Origin: Phoronis australis
Lineage: Eukaryota > Animalia > Phoronida
Direction of reading: 5' to 3'
NCBI GenBank assembly: GCA_002633005.1
Contig: NMRA01000374.1
Span: 351,653-415,652, forward strand
Length of the DNA stretch: 64,000 nucleotides
The number at the start of each line of letters is the position of its first letter. The stretch's first letter is position 1. Below the pieces are notes generated by a model. That model saw only the letters and a list, made by a program, of their open reading frames with translations. It was not told where the DNA came from and did no database searches. The translations under genes and the position numbers were made by a program. Positions 55,499 through 64,000 of the stretch are shown here, in pieces.

Positions 55499-58380
55499 GT
55501 GATGTCAAAAAAGATGTATACTAGAGCCTAGTATAATCTAAAAGATCGAAATAAGCGCCGTTGCCCGCGCGACTGTGTCGCAATCCGACAGTTTCCATCC
55601 TTTCCATTACCACCTGCTCAATGCAATGCTCCACCAGTCAGCTTCGCAATCCTCGGCGACATCCGGTCTCGCCGTGACCACTAGGCAGGGCTCGACACTA
55701 TGAAACTCGTCAGGTCGCATTTTGCGACCTAGCCAAAATCTCAGGTCACATTCTTAAAATCCAGCTCACATTCATAACTGTCCGGTCTCAAAAATTTCCC
55801 GCCAGTTTTACGCACCAAAATTTTAGATCATCGAGAAAATGTTTAGATTATGCTCTTACCTGTGGCGTTAAATACTCACAAATTTCAGGTCGCAAAATTA
55901 GAGGGATTTTACGAGTAGGTACGGCATTACATGGGCTGCGCACCATAGGTGGCTGGGGGGGGGGGGGGGATGGGCTATAGCCCCCACTTTTGCCAGTGCT
56001 ACGCCGCACATGGTCTATACGTGGTGTACCACAGGAGGGCTGAGGGGGCTTTAGACCCCCATTTTTTTCAGTGCTGCGCCGCCCATGCATTACGGTTCTT
56101 CACGACAGCCGTTGAAAAACTCTAGGACACAAGTATAATTGCCAACGTCAAAGTTGAATCAGTGTTCTCCAACAGACACGTACATTCCAGTAGCTAAGTT
56201 TGCAATGTGAAAAGGGAGAAAATACTTGAAAAAGTATCCGTGATTTTGCTAGGTCTGACCTGCTTTGATGGCTGTCATTAAAGTCGTTAAAGATAAAACT
56301 GAACGAAAACTCCCTCCACTTTTGGTTTGCATCCCAAACTTAAATGTACGTGTAGGCCTACTGATCTAGCAACTTAACTCGACGTTTGAAATATATCCTG
56401 TCGAAAAAATCCGTGAAACGTTGCACTAGCCGAATGACGTATTCGGATACTCGAGAACAATTCAATGCAAATTTCACAACAAAAATGTAGAACTTTCCAT
56501 AAAACGAAAAGCTTCGTAATAATTCCTGATTCCGCGCGGATTCCATCGGGTAATTCGAGTTTGCTCCTCAGTACCTTCCGTGTATGGGAAAAATAGGTCA
56601 GTCACAAAACAACACGAAAGTCCCTAAAGTTAACTTTCTTTCGGAGGTATAAAATAAAGTCGGGGTTTGGTTTTTACATATTGATAAAAGACTTTTTTGA
56701 AAACTGAGTTTGTTGTTGTGTAAAATGAAAGTGACTCACGAAATAGGTGCGTGTCAATTTCAAACCACGGGGGGGAGGCGTTTTAGTGCGCAATGATGGG
56801 CGCTAGCCTGAACTGTGGGCGCTTAATTTGAAACTCTCAAAAGTTGAGGGGAACGATTAGAAGACCACTGAGTGCTTATTAAGAAACACTTCGAAGGTAG
56901 GGAATAGGTGCATAGATGAGCATAGTCTATCGTTAACGGTAACATAAGTGTTTTGCAGCAATAAGAGATTGAATGACTGCAACAGTAAGAAATGTTATTG
57001 TAATAGTATTCTGTAAGGCAAACTCCACTTCATTAGCGGTGACTTTCTGGCTATCGTCATCACTTACACTTTTCCTTTTTCAATCACCCGAAATAATGTT
57101 GTTTTTATTAGCCCGCTTCAGCCGAAACATTTCTTTTTATTGGAATAGGAATATTTTACGGCGTGGTCCGGGGAGCAAACTGAATTAGTAAAAAGTTCAC
57201 TAACTATGCACAATTTTGCATCTACCCGTTTTGTTGCAATAACTGGCTATGGGCATAGAACATCGCACCCAGGAACATCGACTCGGTGAAACATCGGAAC
57301 AGGAAAATATCAGTACTGGGCTACATCGGTCCCGGGGAACACCGTAAAGCATCGGGTTTTTGAACCGCGGTGAATCTATTAGGCTCATTGTCAAATAAAC
57401 CATTGGCACTCAGGACTGTCGCTGTTATCTTGAGTGTGCAGCTTTGGAGTAGTGCGCACTTGTGAGTTCAGGCACTTGAATCGCCTACACTTTACGTTAG
57501 CAAACAACATGTCAGTGACAGACTACTCATATGTCGCACACGTAGCCCCGGCCAGAAACAAGTAAAGGGTTTGAAAATTTCTTGGTCACTCAAAACACTC
57601 TTTGCTGAAAGTAGAGACGTGGCCATCTTTTGGCGATTAATAAGGAGGCTATCGCCACGTTTACTGTCTTTTGCGATAGAAAAACGAGACGCTTATTTCC
57701 GCATCACGATAGTCTGCCACCGCTTGCGCGCTAACAAGGGGGCCGACCATAGTCCAATTTAATATTATAGTGATAATGTCGCGAATATTTGATAATAACG
57801 TCATATCTTACGTGAAAAATAAATTCGTTTTTCTACCACAAAGTTTGGCAAGTTGATCGATCGTGAATTGGTAAAAGACCGCTGTTTTGTGACGTTTCAT
57901 CACGTGTAATGCCGTGGTAATTAAGAATCTTTCTTCGGCACATCCGAAAATTTGCAAAAAGTAGCCGAAAATGTTATCCAATATGAGACTCGTCAAAGAT
58001 CGATTCTTCATTATATCATATTCACACAATAAGCTTACAAGCTCTCGGTTAGTATTCTTTTGAACTTGATTTGGCAACAACTACCAAATCACGGTCGGAT
58101 TCAAATGAGTCAGTGCCGAAAAGTGTAAAAACTCAGCTCGCAGACTTCGGAAATTCCAGGTCACATTTTGCGACTTGATACGAGTTGGCAAAAATCTCAG
58201 CTCGCATTTCCATATAGTGATGTTATAAGAAAGATGTATGCATTAGAGCCTAGTATAATCTAAAAGATCGAAATAAGCGCAGTTACCCCCCGACGCGATT
58301 GTGTCGCAATCCGGACAGTTTCCAACGTGTCCTTCTTGTGCTCAATGCTCCACCAGCCAGCTACGCCATCCCCGGCTAGT
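55499..58380. repeat. ~180-bp direct repeat pair (55499-~55668 and 58217-~58380)
   Basis: Shared core TAGAGCCTAGTATAATCTAAAAGATCGAAATAAGCGC...TGTGTCGCAATCCG..CAGTTTCCA...ATGCTCCACCAG. Confidence 0.75.
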
Positions 58381-61300
58381 TCACCACGCGCCAAAGGTAG
58401 TGCTGTTGTACTTCAACTTGGAATCATGAGTGAACTTGGAATGAATTTCTATTCCAAGTTTACGCAAGTGATCTTCAGATTAAGCAAGCACTTGTGCAAC
58501 TGTTAACTAAAATTTCGAATGGTGGACATGAATTCGTTTGCCGTGAGTTATTTTCTGTTTTAATTATTTTTATTGCCCATTCTGTATGTATGTTATTCTG
58601 GTCTTGGTAATTGTTTCCAAAGGTGGTTTGACTGGGATGGTTGGGTTTGTGACCGAGGGGCTGAAATGACTGGCAACCTGGGACCTTTGCAATGAAAACT
58701 TAAGGATTAGGATCATGAAGAGCTAAAATACAATGAATGTACCGTACAGAGAGGGGTTTTACATTGAGCAGTTTGTCGTGCCCCGTTGTACCTGCCACCT
58801 CACCCCCCCCCCCGTGTATACACCAGTGCTTGGAGCTCGCATTTGCTCGTAATTGGTGGGAGTGTTTTCATTTATATCTCACTTATGACATCCCCAATCG
58901 CTGCCACTATGGCCAAAGCAAGGATCTGTAATTCTTTCTTATCTGATTAAGCAAGAAGTTTAGACAACGCTTGTTGAGTAAAAGTGTTATTTTTGGCAAA
59001 TAAATTGGAAATACTCATTTCGTTTTTAAACGTGCAATTTAATGAATATTAGCTTTTCATTGGTATGCTGTGTGATGTCATCAGGTCTAAATATTGATGA
59101 CAATATGACAAAAGTTACAGAACACAACTCTCAGAAGTTCTGTTGACTGGTTTTGAATGTTCTCATAGAGATGATTAGACTTTTCTGGCCTACGATAATT
59201 TTGCCTTTCTCTGCTCATGTAAAGAAAGACAAAGGTGGCCAAGTGAAATAATACTGTCCATATCACTTTCTTTGGCACAATAGCTTACAAACCACTGCCC
59301 TGCATTCGCTGTTTAGTGAAAAGCAACCATGTTAGACTGAGTGACTGAGTGAGGTAACATATGCATATGCGTCTTTTGCAGGTTCGTCGACATCTCTAAG
59401 TACAGTTGACAACATTTAACAACTAGACTGAAACATGGTGGCATACAATAATGTTTGATACAAATGTTTCCATGTGAGTGAGGAACGTACAGAGGTAATG
59501 ACATATCTAAGTTGTGTTAATATTGGTTTTTCGTTATGCAAGATAGGTGATTTTCAGTTTTTTTATGCAGTTGTCATTGTCCTTGAAGGTTGTCTTCTTT
59601 CAGGAACGTGTTTTTTCCATCAATGCTTTCATTAATATGTTGTATTTAGTTGTCTATAGCATAGGCGGGAGCCCTCCCCCTCCCCCCTTGGCTGCCGCCA
59701 GCAAAATNCTCAGATCCCACTAGTTCGCGGTGGAATCGTGTGCCCGTTTTTTTTTTAGTCTACCAATAAATTTTCTGAACAGAAGGTCCGCATCCTCAGC
59801 TCCCACAACTTTCGGGCCCCCTCTGCATTTACAATCGCGCTTTGCCCAATTCCCTGAGGCAACAAGTTGTGCCCTGTCTGTAGGTCAACAGATTAGCCAA
59901 AGTTGGAGGACCCCATTTCATTGCTGTTACAGCATTTGAAGCTGCTTGTCAATGAATCAACTTAAATGCCGCATATGTCCCTCTCACGTCTATGTAACCT
60001 AATCTGTCTGATAGATCAGTCAACATTCCTTTTTATTAAATGGCTACAGATGCTTTAATGCTAAGTTTGATGTACTGACATTGTCTGCTTACTTTGTAAT
60101 CAGAGTTTGTGATTTTTTAGGTATCTGATTGGTCACATTGCTAGTTGCGTGACATCCTGGTGGCGTAAATGAAAAGTGTTATTCAACAGGGTGGTGGTCA
60201 AAATTATCAAACTGTGTTCCAGACAATCAGAGGACAGAAGTATCAGTTGTCATGTAATGAAACAGCATGAGTAACCCAAAATTTAATGTCAGGACATAAG
60301 ATTATGTGGCACCTTACTGACAAATATCTACAAACTTTGGAAACACTACTTTAATTCATGAAAGTAGAGAGTCTGTATATAATAACTTTATATATCAATC
60401 TGCCAATAATTGGGTCCCTTGACCATATTTTTAATAAGATTCCGGAAAAAGGAATACATTCATAACAAAACAGTGGAGTCGATAACATGACCAATTTTAT
60501 TTTTATATAAATGTTCAAGATGGAATCTGAAAAATGACGATTCTGTTTTTTTAATAACCCTTTTCGTTTTAATCAATGTTTGAGTTTTTCATGAAATTAC
60601 TGAAAGTCCCTGCTTTAGCTAGCCCTCACATGCCAAAGTAGATCACTCAAAAGACAATCTCTAAAAGCCTGATGGGCAACAGTGCATAAAGTACAAGATC
60701 TGAAAGTTTTTATTGGAATCTTATCAGCCATTTGCAAGATATGTTTTCCGCTTTACCAAGTTTAGACATTTGTCTAGGATTTCCCATAACCTTAACCTGA
60801 TGCTTGAACACTTTTCTTTTACTGCGCAGTAAGTGATATCGTATAACTGTTAGTCTTCACATACGCCATATGTTGATCACATCAGGTGTTGGCTAACGGG
60901 TTAGAAGAAAGTCCTGGGTTCAAACCTTGGTGGGGACAGAGAGCATTTTAGATGTAACTAGGTATCACCTGATGCCAGCAAATTGACAGACTTCAACAGA
61001 CGTCTCCAAAACTGCCAAATTTTGATAAACTTATTTCCATAATAATTTGTCAGTTTACGTAGTCGAACTTTTGTCAGAGTTGAATTTCGACATTGTGTCT
61101 AGTCCTTAATTTTTTGTTTGTGACTGGTCTTGCGCAATAAGATGTTTTTTTTTAGATTTAGCTAGAATTGGATTGGATTCTATTGGAAACGAAACAAATA
61201 TTTTATTAGCCTTGTCAAATTACGATTTTGTTTTGTTTAGTTTGAAAAATACTGTATTCCAGCCGTTGTACCTTTAGAGAGTTTGTTTTATGTTGTATTA

Positions 61301-62059
61301 TAATTTGGTGGTATGCTGGAAAAAATAAAAACTTAAGAAAGTAATAGAAAATGCATTTACTTTGTATTGCAATCATTAAGAGAAGGTTTGGTTCAAATCG
61401 CGATTTTTTTAGAGAAGAAATTGAATTATTCCAAGTTTAAGCAACCAGTGTGGCTTGCTTAAACTCGGAATTCGGTAGAAAGAAATGTGAATGCGCTCAG
61501 AAGTGCTCTAAAGGTAGTAGAAAAAAACATTTAAAATGTATTGCAGCCAGTTAGAGAATGTTTAATTCATCCCTTGCCCAAACGTCAACCAGGCACTAAT
61601 TTCAAACATCCAACTTTATTTTTATGTTGGAATAGGCAGCGACACAGGAATAATACGACTCAAATGACCACCGTAGCCGTAGGGCTGGTGAATGTACGGT
61701 GCATTACTGAGGGACATGTAATCACAATACAGTCCTTAAAATGATTTTTTATTCCAGTCCCTCGGTACTAACCACTATTCATTACCAGAACACGGAAAGC
61801 TTTATCTCGATTTTTTTTAGACATCTTTTCTCTCCGTAGCCTACCGGTTCAGTAACGATTTCAGCCCAAGCGCCTTGTTCTGTGATTGTGCGCCAGGCAG
61901 TCGCTTAATTCTAACTTAGAAGTTCATGTACGGGATTTGGCAGCTTGCTTAATCTCTAGATGACTCACACAACACTCACTAACGCTTATTCTTGAGATTA
62001 AGCAGGATTCCAAGTTAAAGTACAACACCGCTGTTATGCTTCTTAAATCGGACACACAG

Positions 62060-62129
62060 AGGCGCGCACAACGCGGAAGTTATTTCAGTGTGCAGGAGGC
62101 GGGAGGCGTTGTCAGTCAAGCCAGGTAAG
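62060..62129 (+). promoter_or_regulatory. Candidate promoter and first non-coding exon
   Basis: CpG-richer patch, GCGCGCA and an ETS-like CGGAAGT (62074-62080), followed by a consensus donor CAG|GTAAG at 62124/62125. No downstream exon identified. Confidence 0.3.
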
Positions 62130-63297
62130 AAATTTCTTATTTTTTCTGTGTCTCTATTTTGTCTATGGTGTTCCTCTGCTTTGGGATGCCATCCACTCAT
62201 ATCGTGCCACTGAAAATTGTGATTTCGGACATTCCTCCGCCAAGGTCCTAGAAGCCATGCGGAAAGGGGCAATCACACAGCTAGCTGGCTGGCTAGCCGG
62301 CTGTGGCGTACCAGTCTCTCAATAATATTTAATGAGTGGCGAGGTATATGACATATCTAATTCTTACGTGTTTCTATTTATGTTACCAGTCGTTCTTTTC
62401 GTCGATTCACGCCGTTATGACTGCTTTCAAATCCTGTCAGTGTAAAGTCTCAAATGAACTCGCTTATTAGACAATGACTATAGTGGCTCCGCACCGTGAG
62501 TTCACATTGCATGCTTGAGACAGTTAGTTCATTCCTGTCAGACCGGCTCACTATATATGTCGCTAGTATAAAAAGTTAATGTGATTGTGGGTCGCGTTTG
62601 CCTTCGCCTCTGAAATCGAGGCACCGGTCGCGTGACGCCGCGTTATCATATTTGTTTTAGGCCTATCATCGATCACTGTAAGAGCCAGTTCACAAGTACG
62701 ACATACAGTGACCACAGATGCTTATAAAACGAAATCCGAAATATGGGGTTAGTGAAAAATCGTGTGACATGACTGTCGTACACCGAGGTGCACTTGGCCG
62801 CGGGTCAGACTATCACCCAGACCCGGGTGTGCCTTAAGTGTAATAGTGAGTTACGTTTGATGTGTCAGTCCTCGGAAAACCAATAGTTGTCTGTCTACAC
62901 AAATTGGCTTATTGTCGTAATAACGGAATGAATTCCTCTCAAAACTGTTAATAGTGTGATTTACTGTGACGAGGATCATTACGGCGTTTTCCCGTTAATC
63001 CCAACTTGTTTGATTCTATAGCCCAACAACAAATTGGGAATTAGATGACCGCTGTAGCCAGTATCTTACACTACTGATTAACTTCATTATGGCATTGATG
63101 GTTGGAGGGCCAGCTCTCTTGTTCGATAATTGCTCCAATCTTCCAATAGAATTTATCTAGCCTGACGGCGTGACAATAATGGACTCTGCGCGTGCGTATT
63201 ACTGGGATTGTTATGGGAAGCTATTGACAGTAACCCGTTTACCAATATGAGAAGGAATTCTTTAAAATTGTAGGAGAAATTACATGTTAATATTTTG

Positions 63298-64000
63298 ATG
63301 ACCTTTCCACTAACTGACCTCTTACCGGCGGTGCATTATGAGCCCCGATGAGGGGAAAATTCTAAACTCAATTAAAAGTGTGGTTAATGCTAAGAATCAC
63401 TGAATGATGTTTTACTTTAAGCACTTCAGAATAGAATATGAATGAATTGGTCAAACTTTCACAAGAAAATGCAACTAATGACCCCATGGGTGCACCAAAT
63501 GGCCTGAAAATTTAGAATTCAAACTCAATCGCAGATATGTAATTTTGAAGTCTCTAGCTCAAAATTTTAGTTTGCACTCAATGACCTTCGACCTATATAT
63601 TTTTCTGATTGGTTTAGCCTATTGCGTAGTAAAGTAGGGTGTTCAATTGGCATGTTGACTTACCCCAAGGTGCTGAAATTGAAAAGAATTCCTTGAAAAA
63701 CGTGAGATATAACATTTTGAACATTAGATAACCTTTGCACTAAATGACCCTATCCGGTGCATTATAAGCGTCTTTAGGAGAATTATTGCAAAGCCCATGA
63801 AAAACAATTTTAATGCTGAGAATCACAGTTGTCTAACGGTTGACACATCAGAATACTTGGTGAATGAAAAGGTCAAATTTTCAGAAGATAAATGCACCTA
63901 GTGACTCCATGTTTGCATTAAATGACCTGAAAGTTTGGATTCCGGGCTGAATTACCTGTGCCAATCAGACATATGAATTTGAAGTGTCTAGCTCAAAATT
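63298..64000. repeat. Degenerate ~430-bp tandem unit repeat, runs off the window end
   Basis: ~63298-63570 aligns with ~63730-64000 (CGGTGCATTAT, AATGCT.AGAATCAC, TTGAAGT.TCTAGCTCAAAATT). Confidence 0.7.

Noticed and set aside
60885-60940. tRNA-like B-box GGGTTCAAACC
   Set aside because: No cloverleaf or acceptor stem can be formed; at most a SINE head remnant.

Overview
AT-rich, intron-containing animal genomic DNA (it looks like a marine invertebrate, but the taxon cannot be fixed from sequence alone). Three spliced host genes were reconstructed by hand using GT-AG boundaries and intron phase: the 3' part of TSR2 (+, 1303-4909), a complete 8-coding-exon ABHD6-like lipase (-, 9117-17544, 327 aa), and the 3' three exons of MORN5 (+, 37473-42316), which carry an unusual acidic 9-aa-repeat tail. 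Most of 24-54 kb is nested, decayed mobile DNA. It includes two divergent Gypsy-like retroelements with a non-canonical LADD/LAED RT motif and no paired LTRs, two Mag-type Gypsy elements, a pogo/Tigger-like TIR element, a Kolobok-like THAP element and a CACTA-like MITE. The most distinctive structure is a 5'-truncated Penelope-like (GIY-YIG) retroelement in a MORN5 intron. It has a 13-bp TSD and inverted pseudo-LTRs, each carrying a minimal hammerhead-ribozyme motif with a variant core (GCAA for GAAA). Many minisatellites are present, and several single-N junctions flanked by duplicated sequence look like assembly artefacts. There is no CRISPR array, rRNA or convincing tRNA. All family assignments come from recalled motifs, not database searches.
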